From: an uncultured Acidimicrobiia bacterium
GTDB lineage: Bacteria; Acidobacteriota; Terriglobia; Versatilivoradales; Versatilivoraceae
Length of the DNA stretch: 64,000 nucleotides
Reading direction: 5' to 3'
NCBI GenBank assembly: GCA_963786955.1
Contig: CAWBAT010000003.1
Location: 32,001 to 96,000 of the forward strand
Part shown: piece after piece, positions 47,401 to 58,671 of the stretch
Layout: each line of letters opens with the position of its first letter
Position numbering within the stretch: position 1 is the first letter of the stretch
The notes under the pieces: model-generated
What the model was told of the DNA's origin: nothing
Databases searched by the model: none
Seen by the model: only the letters and a program-made list of their open reading frames with translations
Program-made: the position numbers and the translations under genes

Positions 47401-48234
47401 TCAAGGTCGAATGCTTAGCTCCTGCATCATTTTATTGGTTTGTTCATAGGCCTCAGTGACCCAGCTGATGACGCCTTCCCTGGACGGATCCGGTGGCCAT
47501 TCCAGTTCGATGGAAACGCTGCCCTGGAAACCGGCTGTGGCAAGCTGGCCGAGATAAGCCTTGAGCGGTGCTCTGCCACGCCCCGGAGGCAAGTCGCCGT
47601 GTTTGTCGATGGCATCGGAAAGATGCACATGGGCAATGCGGCCCCTCAGCTTCTGGATTTCTTCGGGAGGCGTCTTCGCCAGGAAAAGATGGGAGCAATC
47701 GACATTTGCCATCACAACGCCAGGCAGGTCCACGGCTTTCAAAAAGGCGTCCATACTTTCAATCGAATTGACAATCGACATTCGGAATGGCTCCAGCTCA
47801 ACCGCAATGCGAATACCTGCGGCAGCGGCATGCTGCCCTATTTGGCGCATCCCTTCTACTACTGTGTTCCAGATCCACTCGCGAGTGAATCCCGTCTCGA
47901 GCTGCCAGAAGTACTCTCCGTTGACGATCAGAACGTTGTCGGCTTCCAGCAATGAAGCCAGGTCCACCAGACGGCGGCCAATTTCCACCGAATGCAAACG
48001 GGCTGAGCGGTTTGGATCAAAGAGCCCAAACAAGATCAAAGGAACCGAACGAATCGGCAATCCTGCCTGACGAGCATTGTCCTTTAAACTCTTAAGCTGT
48101 GTGCCGGACAACTCTCCCTCAACCGGCAATACGTCGATTGTGTCAAAGCCGATCTGCTTGGTCACCCAAATCCCTTCGTTATAGGGATCAATCGCAGTCC
48201 CTAACCAAACTGAATTAATCAAGCCAAGCTTCAT
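47401..48234 (-). CDS. Sugar phosphate isomerase/epimerase (xylose-isomerase-like TIM barrel)
   Basis: AVELEP, NVDCSH, HVHLSD, PGRG and SIELE metal-binding pattern. Confidence 0.88.
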   Translation of the reverse strand: MKLGLINSVWLGTAIDPYNEGIWVTKQIGFDTIDVLPVEGELSGTQLKSLKDNARQAGLPIRSVPLILFGLFDPNRSARLHSVEIGRRLVDLASLLEADNVLIVNGEYFWQLETGFTREWIWNTVVEGMRQIGQHAAAAGIRIAVELEPFRMSIVNSIESMDAFLKAVDLPGVVMANVDCSHLFLAKTPPEEIQKLRGRIAHVHLSDAIDKHGDLPPGRGRAPLKAYLGQLATAGFQGSVSIELEWPPDPSREGVISWVTEAYEQTNKMMQELSIRP

Positions 48235-48279
48235 AGGTATGGACCTCCTTAGGATTGGCAGAAGCAGGGCGCGACCGCT

Positions 48280-49419
48280 CTATGGTTTTTCAGTATCAAC
48301 TCCATTGCCCATGATCTCCGCCAGAGCCACCGCGCGATGCTCGTCTAGGGATTTGTAACAGGCATCCACTAGTGCCATAGTCTTCAAGTTATCCTGGCCG
48401 CTAATTTCAGGGTCCCCATCCTCATAGACAGCCCGCATGAGCTGTGCCATTGTGCCCTCGAACGCATCCGGGAACCAACGTTCTTTCCAGCGTGGCTGAA
48501 AAATATAGCTGGGCTGCTGCCGGCTGGTAAAGTTGAGTGTGCTGGGACTTCCCTCGGGATAGTCGGGCCAGCCGATGGTTCCCCAGGCGGCACCCTTCGC
48601 TGCCCTCGACGCGCCATTGAATGGAAGGCGCGCCTAAGGCGCCGTCCCGAGTAGGCCCTGTCCAGACATCATCCCACGACGTGGCGCGCAGGCCATTAGC
48701 ATACTCAAGAATGTAAAGGGCAATGCCATCACGGTGTTTATGCTTAAGGCGCGGATCGGGGCAGGCACTGGCAAACACCCGCTCCGGATCACCAAAGAGA
48801 AAGCGAAAACAATCCAGGTGATGAATGCTTAAGTTCAGCAATGTCAGTCGATTATAGTTCTGCAGAAAAGTCTGCCAGTGGGGAATCGCACGCAGTTCGA
48901 TGGTGGCCAGCACCGGCGATCCCAGAATTCCTCGCTTCAGCAAGGTCTTTAAGGCCCGGATCGATTGGTCGTAACGCATGTTCTGGTTGACGCCCAGCTT
49001 CTTTCCGCTGTAGCTTCACAAAGTTGGACGATTTGACAGGCTTCGAGATAGTTCATCGCCAAAGGTTTTTGGGCGAGTATGGCGCGAATGTGCGGCCTCC
49101 GGACGGCTTCGCGAATGATGTCGTGCTGTAAATCTGGAGGGAAAGCGATATCGACGATTTCTACGTGGGGATCATCCAGCAATGTTTGCCAGCTGTCGTA
49201 TACCTTCGGGATATTTCGTATCCTGGCAACTGCTCTGGCATTCTCAGGTGAGCGGGAGGCCAGGGCAACGACATGGAAATCGGCATTCTTGTAGGCAACC
49301 AGGTGAATATCCCGCATGATAAAACCCGCCCCGATACAACCAATTCCGTAATCGGTTTTGGCGGGGAAATGCGGGAGATAATCCAGGTCGAGATCAATGG
49401 GTAAGAACGTTTCTGGCAT
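48280..49419 (-). CDS. Gfo/Idh/MocA oxidoreductase; frameshifted
   Basis: IGAGFI, AQKPLA, NQNMRYDQS, IHHLD and WFPDAF motifs. Confidence 0.88.
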
Positions 49420-49633
49420 GGTGCGGCCTCTATTTTGTTATGTTGCCCCGGATACCAGCTCTCACCATGCTGTTACCCGGAGGAACATCCTCGACTCGAG
49501 TTAGCTGAATTCAAATCTTGACTCATGTCCATTCGGCATTCCAGGAGGAATACTTTTTTTTAGATTCCTTTGAATACAACAGCCGATCATACCTTTCTGC
49601 AAAAGCCTGCTTCCGCAAATTGTCATCTCTGAC

Positions 49634-51688
49634 TTAAGGGGGATAAGATCGCAGCCCAACCGCCTCCAGAGGCGAGACGAACATGCAGATAGTCTGCTCG
49701 ATGAACTCGCATTTCTGCTGATTTTTACGCTGGTAGCAACTTTGTCGGCGTCCGGTTCCATCCGCAAAAATGAGTGCCTCGTACTCCCCCTGGCCAAGGA
49801 AATCCAAGGACACTTCCAAATCCCGGGAGTCCCAATTCGTCATGCTGCCTAGATACCAGGTCTCGCCATGTTGCCGCGCTATCGTGATGTACTTTGCCGG
49901 TTCTCCATTGAGGACCTTCGTCTCGTTCCATACCGTTGGAACTCTTTCAATGAACTCAAAAGCGGGTTGGTCTTCATAAGCTGCCGGGTAATCCGCAAGC
50001 ATGGCCAATGGCATCTCATAGACAACGTACATGGCAAGCTGGCGTGCGCGGGTTCCCTGTGACATGGGTTCGATCATGCGTGGCTTGAACTCTTCACGTG
50101 TGGCGTTATGAAACGACCCGGGCGTGTAGTCCATCGGCCCAGCCAGCATTCGGGTGAAAGGGATAGTCACTTCGTGCTCCAGGGTTTGCCCGATCCCCCA
50201 CCTTGTGGTATTCCATGGCCAGAATGCCTTCACTAACCAGCTCATTGGGATAAGTCCGACGCAGTCCCGCGGATTTATGAGCGCCATGGAAATCCACAAC
50301 CAGATGGTGTTCGGCAGCCTTGCGCGCCATCTTTTCGTAGAAGTTCACCATCTCCTGATCATCCCGATTCATAAAGTCAATTTTCACACCCGATACGCCC
50401 CACTTCTCGTAAAGCGGAAAAGCGGTTCCATCTGCTCTCTCACAGCAGTCCAGATCATCCACAGGAGTATCCGGACTCCCCGGCGCTTGGCGTGGGCGAG
50501 GATATCCGGTAAATCGACTTCCGCGATTGGTCGTGTGATGTCATTAAAAGGCGACCAATTGCCGTCAATCAACATGTACTCCAAGTGGTGTTCGGCGGCA
50601 AAATCAATGTAATGTTTCAACGTGGCCGTATTCATCCCTGGCTCGAAGTCCACGCCTCTTTGCCAGACGGCCAGACCACCAGTCCCACGCGGCCTTGCCT
50701 GGCTTGATCCAGGACGTATCAGCCAGGGCACAAGGCGGGCTTAGATTCAGGATCAAGATAATTGGATTCGATGAGTCCGCCAGGGCGAGAGTCAATCATG
50801 AAAACCCGCCATGGTGATGCTTTTGGAGTTTTTCCCAGAACGATGTCCTCTGATCCGACTTGATCGCTACGGCGGCGGGACGAAATTAAGATGGCTGCTT
50901 GAGCCGACTTCCAGGTTCTCTCAAGCTCACTTTCGATAGCGACCGCGTCGATGTACGTTCCCATGGTCGAAGCGTCAAAGCTCGGCATCGGCGATAGCTT
51001 GCTCATCAAAGCATTTCGGACTCCGTAAACCGCAGATAAGTACATGCCGGCGTAATCCGTCAAATCAGCTTCAAGCAGTGCTACCCAAGGGCCTTTCGGG
51101 AATTCGATAAGCAAAGGCAATCCTATGGTCGAAGTGGGCTTGATTTGATCCAGAGTGACGCGATTAAAATGAGCTTCATAAGGAGTCGTATAAGCTTCCC
51201 AAATTAAGGGCATACACGAAGACATCTTGTGGAAAATAAAATCCTGTGTTCTCGGAAGAAAGGACAAATTGGTTGATCGCTTCCTGTTTTGGCAGGAAAT
51301 AGCGGAAGGCCACGCCCTCATTGTAGGCGCGGAAAATGAGGTCCAGTCGACGTCCTAGGGGTGGTTGCTCGCACAACGACACGATCAATTCGTTATAATG
51401 GTCACGGACAATGCGTTTTGCTCCAAACTCATTTTGCCAAGTTCCATCGTGAGAATGTCGCTCGGTTCCGACAATTTCGAAATCATGGTCAAGGGGTGGC
51501 AAATCTTTGAAATCCAGGCCCAACGGCGAGTCTGCCAAAACTAGGTTGGCCGATGTACGAGATCCGATAGTAGGCTCGTTCACCCGGAGGATAGGGCTGG
51601 AGGAGGGTTTTTAACTCGAAAGAGATGGAGTTGTTGCTCGTCCGGTGAAGTAACCGCTAGTGGCTGAAGAAGTGGTCTCTTGCATCAT
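49634..51688 (-). CDS. Glycoside hydrolase family 97; multiple frameshifts
   Basis: FRAYNEGVAFRY, SPWR, WIKPGKAAWDWW, YIDFAA, GVKIDF, DFHG, RTYPN, FTRMLAGPMDYTPG and QLAMYVV motifs. Confidence 0.9.
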
Positions 51689-52397
51689 AACTCCTTAAAG
51701 TCAGATGGTATATGGTTTGTAAACCCACTGGGCTAAGGAATTATTGCTGGACCTTGAAGCTGTGCCTCATCAAAGAGATTGTGAAACCCATAGGGCTAAA
51801 AAGATGCAAATACCCCTGTGGCAACTCACATTTTGGTCTTCCTGGAATGTCCTTGGCAAGGTCAAAAGAGAACTTGCATTCGATGAATTGAGACGATCAA
51901 ATCCGCAGGGTTGTCACTATACGTGGGATTCGGTTCTCGCAACGGCAAAAAGTGGCCTCCAGAAACTTGTAGAAGGCGGCAGCCTTCCTGGTGTGTTCCT
52001 CAACATTGCATTGCCCATCATGTCTTCATTGACTAGCTCGTGCCCGGAGTTTACCTAAGTTGTGATTCCGCAATTAACGCTTGGATCTTGAATGTCCAAT
52101 GCATCTCGAATAAGATGGTCAGCCATGGGGCATCTTATGCCTGTACACGCAGAAGCTCTCCGCCGTAAAAGTGACTTAAACGTCTTTGATTTTGATCCGG
52201 CAGCTAATCTGCCGATTTGCTCAGCGTTGCCGCAGCGACAGGTCTCCAGGAATGTCGGGGCACGCAATGGCGTGGCTCTTGATAGCTTTCAGTCATCGAG
52301 CACTCAGCGATGCCTGCCCCTACGTTGTCGAAGTTAAAGTCTCATAAAGCCACTCCCGGAACATGTTCGTTCATCAAATTCATAGGAGGCAAAACTC

Positions 52398-55300
52398 ATG
52401 CTTACATACCCTCTCAATGTATTGTTTCAAGAAGTCGGGACACCAAGTTTGAACCGGCATATACGTTGGGTCTTCAGCTTGCTAGGGGTGTTGTTTTTCC
52501 TTCAGTCGGTACTGGTCGCTGATCTGTGGGCTGGGGAGACTCGTCCTAAACCCAAGCCCGCTTCTCTTTCTCGAGAGATTCTCCTCAGTGGCGAAGATTG
52601 GAGGCTGGGGGCCTTCCCCTTCGAAGAAGGCGAACGTCGCGGAGTTAACGCGGCAAAGTTTGATGACAGCGGGTTTAGAACCGTCAAAGTTCCAGGCGAG
52701 GTCCAGCTGCAAATTGGGCTCAAGGGGATGGATCTTTACTACCAGAGCAAAGAACTGACTCTGGTAAACGAGAAGGAATGGTGGTACCGCAAGCAGTTCG
52801 TCGCTTCACCAGAATCAGCCGGTAGAGTCGTGCGTCTGATCTTTGATGGGGTGGATTACTTTGCAACCGTCTGGCTCAATGGGGAAAAACTTGGAGAGCA
52901 TGAAGGCTGCTACGTCCCCTTTTCATACGACGTCAGTTCCAAGTTGAAATTTGGTGGCGAAAACCAGCTAGCAATAAAAGTCACTTGTCCCTGGGTTCCC
53001 AAAGGACGAGGCTTCCTGGAATATATGAAGGGAGAATGGACGTTGGTTTCTCCCGGGAATATCATGCGTTTCCCTTTCCCACCCTTTATTCTAGGTCCTT
53101 ACTGGGATGGGATCCCCGCCGCTGGGAACGCGGTTTTTCCAATGGGACTCTTTCGAGATGTGAAGTTAGTCGTTTCGGGACCGATCGTAGTCGGTGATCT
53201 TTTTGTAAACACGAAGTCGCTTAATCCTGATGGTAGTGCAACGCTCGGAATTTCCGGGGTGATCGCCAACTTTGGGAAGCAAGACGCCTCGGCTACATTA
53301 GATTTGAAAATTACGCCCGATAATTTCACCGGCGATCCCATCCCGTTACCCAGACAAAGTTTGACAGTTCATCCGGGCGAGAACAATTTTAGCGCAGAAG
53401 TCGTCGTCAAGACCCCTCAATTGTGGTGGACCTGGGATCTGGGTGCGCAGAACTTGTACAAAGCAACCGCCACGGTGGCCCCATCAGGGGGAAGTCCGGA
53501 GACGAAGGAAACGGTGTTTGGAATCCGGACTATCGCCCGAAAAGAAGATATGAGTTATTGGCTGAATGGCAAGCGCCTTTATCTAAAAGGCGCCTGGTAT
53601 CCGATGGGCGATTACTATGGAAGCAAACCGACACGCGAGACCTATGAAAAAGATCTCGAACTGTACAGGGCCGCCAACCTGAATCATCTGGTTGCCTTTA
53701 CGGTTGTTGAAAAACCAGATTTTTACGACCTGTGCGACCGACTCGGCATCCTTGAGTTCTTTGAGTTTCCTTTTGAACAATTTGGGCCGATAGAGGTTTT
53801 GTCTCACACCAACCCGCGCCGCGAGACTTTTGTCCAAGAGTCGCTTCGCCAGGTTCGACAGATCCTCATTCAGCTTCGAAATCATCCTTCAATCATCGTA
53901 TGGGCAGCTTTTGCCGAGGCTCGGATGAGTGGCAAAGGGTGGGGAGTCGGAGAGGAAGATTGGGAGCAGTATGGCTACAGCAAGTATTCGGAGGATATCG
54001 GCAAGCTGGTTGCAGAATTGGCTCCTGGAACCATCTATCATCCGAGCCTTTGTGATGTAGGGGAACAACACTTCTGGATGGGCAATTCCGGGATGGGAGT
54101 TACCGGAACTTATTTGGAACATTTCAATGCCAACACCGGATTTGTCTCCGAGTATGGAGGCATCGCCATTCCCGCTTATGAGAGTTTGAAAAAAATACTG
54201 TCGCCCGAGGACATGTGGTCTAACCAGAACTTGACTCTTCCTCAGTGGTACAACCTCCCAATCAATGTGCCGGCATACTCTTATCATACGAGTTTTGAGT
54301 ACAACGGTTTTGCGAGCGTGCTGAACCGGGTCCATAAGTTTGTGGATCGCAACATCAAGTCGGTTCAGGAACTCATTGATGACTCCCAACTCTATCAAGC
54401 ATTCATCTTTAAATATGCGACTGAAGGCTATCGCCGGAAGAAGTACAACTCCATCAACGGGACCCGGATCTGGGCCTACGGCGAAGTAACGCCCGGAATT
54501 CGTTTCAATTTTCTGGATTACTACCGGGTGCCCAAGATGGGTTACTACTTCCTGAAGAGAGCTCAGGAGCGATTCGCCATTAATTTTGCCTATGAAGAAG
54601 CCTTGGAGTCTCAGGTGTCCGGCAAGTCTCTGCGGATTCCTGTCTGGGTCATCAACGATTACCGGCAGGCGGTACCCTTTGAAGTTCACTGTGAAATTTT
54701 GGATTTACAGGGGAAAAAACTTTGGAGCCAGGACTTTCCCGGGACCGTGGACAGTGATGGAAGCAAGGAAGTCGGAATCGTCGATTGGGTAACGCCGGAT
54801 ACTCCTGGAGTTTATGTTCTGCGAGGCCGGGTTGTAGGAAAGGGAGAAGGGAATTGGGTCGCTGAGAATTCGACCTTCATCAAGGTGACTCCGAAACTTT
54901 TCGCTCGCCCCTTTAATGTGCTCCTCATCGGAGAACAAAAATACAACCCTCCGATTGCGGCCATGCTCCGTGCAGTAGGGGTTCATGTGGATGTGATTCA
55001 GGAGAACTCTGTCTTCGATCTTGCTCAGCTGCGGAATCCGGGAGAAATCCGGAAGCGGTATGACGTGGTTTGGCTGGCATGCTTCGATTCACTGTGGAAA
55101 ATTCTGGACAATGAAATGGCCGAGGGATTGAAACAGGCCATCCAAGAAGGAGTCGGGTTCATCCATACCGGCGGGCCAGGAAGTTTTCATGGAGGCTTTG
55201 GCCGGGCTGCTTTGCTGGATGTCCGGCCGCTGGCGGAGGTTTTGCCGGTATCGCTTCACAACCGCAACGATGCCGTTTTCGGGCAAGTCAAAGAAGCATA

Positions 55301-56074
55301 TCAAAACTTCTGCTGACATCTTGGCCCAGTCCTTCCTGGAGATTAAAGACATTCAAGTGGCAGGAGACGCAGGGCAAGGATTGAGTGACACTGAATGGAA
55401 GCTGTACGGCCTGCCCGGGTTTAATAATGTGGAATTGAAACCCGGCACAAGACAGCTACTCACAATCTCAGGACGGCCACTGCTGGTGATGGGGCAGTAC
55501 GGGAAGGGGAAGACTGTCGTTTTCACGGGATTCACCCCAGTCTATTCGGAAAAAAAATCTCCCTGGGACCCCAAACTTAACGCTCCGTATGCACTGGATC
55601 AGGAATTTGTTACCCATCCCGTTACTAAAGCCTATTTTGACCTGTTCGTGAGGGTGATTGCGGCTGCTACTAGCCGAGAAGCCAGTGGGAGATTTTGGCC
55701 AAATCCTAAGCATGCGGGAAAAGCCATTGTTTGAAATGCTGCAAGACCAGGCACCCGCAACGGTTAACACGGCGGATTCAGTCAAGGCTACGGCTTCGGG
55801 TAATCGGGCATCCACATCTTTGAATTTTACCAACGGAACAAAATACGCACGCTTGATTCGAGTCCGCGCAGAATGGGACGAGGCCCAGCCCGGGAACCCT
55901 TATCTCATCCTCTACAAGGACAATTACTTCGATTTAATGCCGGAAGAAAGCAAGTCGCTCGCTCTGGATCTATTCCTGCCGCCGGGCCAGGGAAGGCAGG
56001 TTCACGGCCGGCTGATTGTAGAGGGAAGCAATACGTCGCCACGGGAGATTCCAATCACAATCGATCGCAAGTAA
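52398..56074 (+). CDS. GH2-like (beta-mannosidase type) glycoside hydrolase with C-terminal GATase-like and Ig-like domains; 3' frameshifts
   Basis: FDGVDYFATVWLNG, PQLWWTWD, FGIRTI, FYDLCDRLG, RNHPSIIVW and FVSEYG motifs. Joins ORFs 52398, 55189 and 55658. Confidence 0.8.
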
Positions 56075-56131
56075 ACGACCCAAATCTTTCCTCCGCGAAG
56101 GGGAGTCGCCTCAATTCCCCTCCGCTGGAGG

Positions 56132-56239
56132 GAAGCTGTGAAAGAATTGGCTGCAGCGGCGCTCTATGAGCGCCATTTCTTTTCATTTCAACGGCCTGAC
56201 CGGCGCTCATAGAGCGCCGCTACAATTTCTTCACACTTT
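56132..56239. mobile_element. 108-bp MITE/REP-doublet with terminal inverted repeats, flanked by an AGG direct repeat
   Basis: Ends gaagctgtgaaagaattg and caatttcttcacacttt. Internal inverted palindromes gcagcggcgctctatgagcgcc and ggcgctcatagagcgccgctac. AGG at 56129-56131 and 56240-56242. Confidence 0.6.
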
Positions 56240-56273
56240 AGGGGTGCAGGGGTGGGTCTCAACCTCGTAATCA

Positions 56274-57332
56274 TCACTGTTTGATTCTCGAGAAGTTGAC
56301 TCGAATCCCGGTAGTGAAAAGGATGTCATTGTTTTTGCGGCCTTCAACCGGGTTGCTTTGGTACCGATCGCTGAAGGTCAATTGCCAGGCGAGCAACTTG
56401 GTCAAGGTAGTTACGGTACCGAACTCAAAATTAATTCGGTACTGTCCCAGATCTGTCATATTCGGGAAGATCCGGAGAGCCTGGGTAAGAGACGTAGCCT
56501 TAGAGATTTTATGGGTGAGAGTATTACCAAAAGATAACTCCGCTGAATTCCGGGTCAACGGGGTTGAGTATTTCTCACGATTGTAATCGGCTCCTCCGAG
56601 CAGATCCAATCGGGTCCGTTCATTCTTGATGACACTGTAGCCAAGGCCTCCTCCGATGACGAAGCGCAAATCCAAATCCTGGAACTTGTCATATTCATAA
56701 TTGTTGAAGATGTTGACGAACAGGCGAGGGCTCAAGTTTTTATCGTAGGCCCAACCTCCGAGGATGGCTTGGGCGGTGCTTGCCGTTGTCCCGTCGACCA
56801 GTTTTCCGGTTGCGTAGATCTGGTTAAAATAGGCTATGGTCTTGTCTGTGCGGGTTACGCGCGAAGCGTTCATGGCAGAGTTGATTGTCGTTGTGTCGGC
56901 GTTCCCGCGGGCAAGGCTGACGCCTAGATCCGCATAACCGGTCCAGAGGTTGAAGATACTGGGATGTTGCAGCCGTTCGTAGGCTTTTTGCTCATCCGTA
57001 TTGCGAATGGCAGAAACGCTGGCAAACGGGACGGATTCTCTCGTAGTCGGCGTGGTGACCTCCAGCTTATTGTCTTGAGTGTCTACTTTTCCCAGAACCG
57101 ACTTCCCGTCCGGTAAGACCACGGTTACGTCCTCATCCGAGGTAACCTGTTCGACTTTTTCCCACGGAATTGTGACCTCTCCAAATACGCTACTCTTAAA
57201 GGCAAGGCTGGCTCCATCCTTCTTCAGGATTTTTCCAGACACTCGGTCGCCGTTCTTAAGTGTCACTTGATCGGCCCAAACCAGGCAGACAAAAAAAGGC
57301 AAAATAGCAATCGACAGTTTTCTTGAAATCAT
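56274..57332 (-). CDS. DUF481 outer-membrane beta-barrel protein
   Basis: Signal peptide, DQVTLKNGDRVSG, W.G...LG....RGN, YEYDKFQDLDLR, GGGLGY, and a terminal beta-strand. Confidence 0.8.
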   Translation of the reverse strand: MISRKLSIAILPFFVCLVWADQVTLKNGDRVSGKILKKDGASLAFKSSVFGEVTIPWEKVEQVTSDEDVTVVLPDGKSVLGKVDTQDNKLEVTTPTTRESVPFASVSAIRNTDEQKAYERLQHPSIFNLWTGYADLGVSLARGNADTTTINSAMNASRVTRTDKTIAYFNQIYATGKLVDGTTASTAQAILGGWAYDKNLSPRLFVNIFNNYEYDKFQDLDLRFVIGGGLGYSVIKNERTRLDLLGGADYNREKYSTPLTRNSAELSFGNTLTHKISKATSLTQALRIFPNMTDLGQYRINFEFGTVTTLTKLLAWQLTFSDRYQSNPVEGRKNNDILFTTGIRVNFSRIKQ

Positions 57333-57674
57333 GATCAATGGCCTCACTTTGAAATTTGAAAAGCGGAATGGGTCACTAAATTCTAGATCAGGTTGTAGGA
57401 ATTGTACGTGGTTGGATGCGGATTACCTTCCCCCCCGAATGAATGGGGTCGAAGTCGATTAGTGGATTGTGATCGTGGCGAAGTGCGGATAACGGAACTC
57501 TATTCCAAAAAGTTGCCTACCAGGGAGAGAAGATTCGAAGGTGCAGGAATAATTAGAGCTGTTCGGACGATCCCCTGATGAACAGCCCAGCTCTCTTCCA
57601 AAACGATCATACGTTTTCTCATTTGTTGTACCCGGTTTGCAGATCATTCTGCAAACCCCTATTTGGCCTCAATC

Positions 57675-58397
57675 TCAGGCTGTGGCTGTCCGGATGGTTT
57701 TGCGACGACGAGCTCGCTTGATTCCATATTTCGTCATTTTGTTATAGAGAGTCCGACGTGGAATCTCCATGAACTGAGATGTGCGGGTAACATTCCAATG
57801 ATTCTTTTCAAGAATCGCAGTCAATTGCTGACGCTCAATCTCGTCAATCGTCCGCTCAGCCAAAAAATCGCTTACTGATATCGTCGGTACTTTCAGATCC
57901 ATATCAGGGAATTTCTGCCCATGCAGCAGCGCCTTCGTCACCAATTTCCCAAACCGAACCAATCTTTCTTTATCGAGAGAAGTGAATAATCGGGCATTCG
58001 TCGTGCTGTCGAGATAAAGAATCCCACAAAAGGATCCATCGACGCGCAAGGGAACGGAAGCCAACGAGAGGGTATCGATCCACTTGAACGCCGCAGTCTT
58101 TCGAAACTTCTCTTCCTTGCGAGTGTCGGGAATATAAATGACATTCGGATTGTTGCGGAGCTCTGCCAGATAATGGTTACAGACTACTTCGATCGTCTTA
58201 ATGGACGCCGGATCCCCTCCAATAAAGGCTCTCGGATCCAAATTTCCTTCTGCATCTAAGACGAAAATAGCGCCTCGCTCAGAGTTTGACATCTTGACAA
58301 CCACAGACAAGAGCTTCTGGAGCAGCTTCCCCGGGACTAAAATACTCTCTACCAAATCCGATATTTGATCAATCAGCTCAATTTTGGTTTCCTTCAT
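57675..58397 (-). CDS. GAF domain plus Fis-type HTH regulator (no AAA+ domain)
   Basis: GAF (ERGAIF, SLASVPL..GILYLDS, FTSLD) joined directly to TIDEIERQQLTAILEKNHWNVTRTSQFMEIPRRTLYNKMTKYGI. Confidence 0.8.
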   Translation of the reverse strand: MKETKIELIDQISDLVESILVPGKLLQKLLSVVVKMSNSERGAIFVLDAEGNLDPRAFIGGDPASIKTIEVVCNHYLAELRNNPNVIYIPDTRKEEKFRKTAAFKWIDTLSLASVPLRVDGSFCGILYLDSTTNARLFTSLDKERLVRFGKLVTKALLHGQKFPDMDLKVPTISVSDFLAERTIDEIERQQLTAILEKNHWNVTRTSQFMEIPRRTLYNKMTKYGIKRARRRKTIRTATA

Positions 58398-58671
58398 GGA
58401 CTAATTTCCCCCTTTTCTTCACGGAATTTGTGATTATCATATTCCCTGTGCAAGAACCGACACGGTATTATACCATTTGAACAGCCTCTCTTAAAAACAA
58501 CCCATTTCTTTGAAGACTCTTTCTTGATCGGAAAACTGAAGAACCAGGAGCTATTCGAAAGGAGAACGGAAGTAATGATCCGCGCCCCATAGTCTGCTAG
58601 ATCAACGTTCCGAGTACCCCGTATTTTACACCTAATTAACTTTCCACAATCAACAATAAAAAGGAGAAAAA

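Noticed and set aside
51744-52390. Short ORFs between GH97 and GH2, one faintly like a sigma factor region 4 remnant
   Set aside because: The similarity is too weak and interrupted by stops, with no clear RBS.
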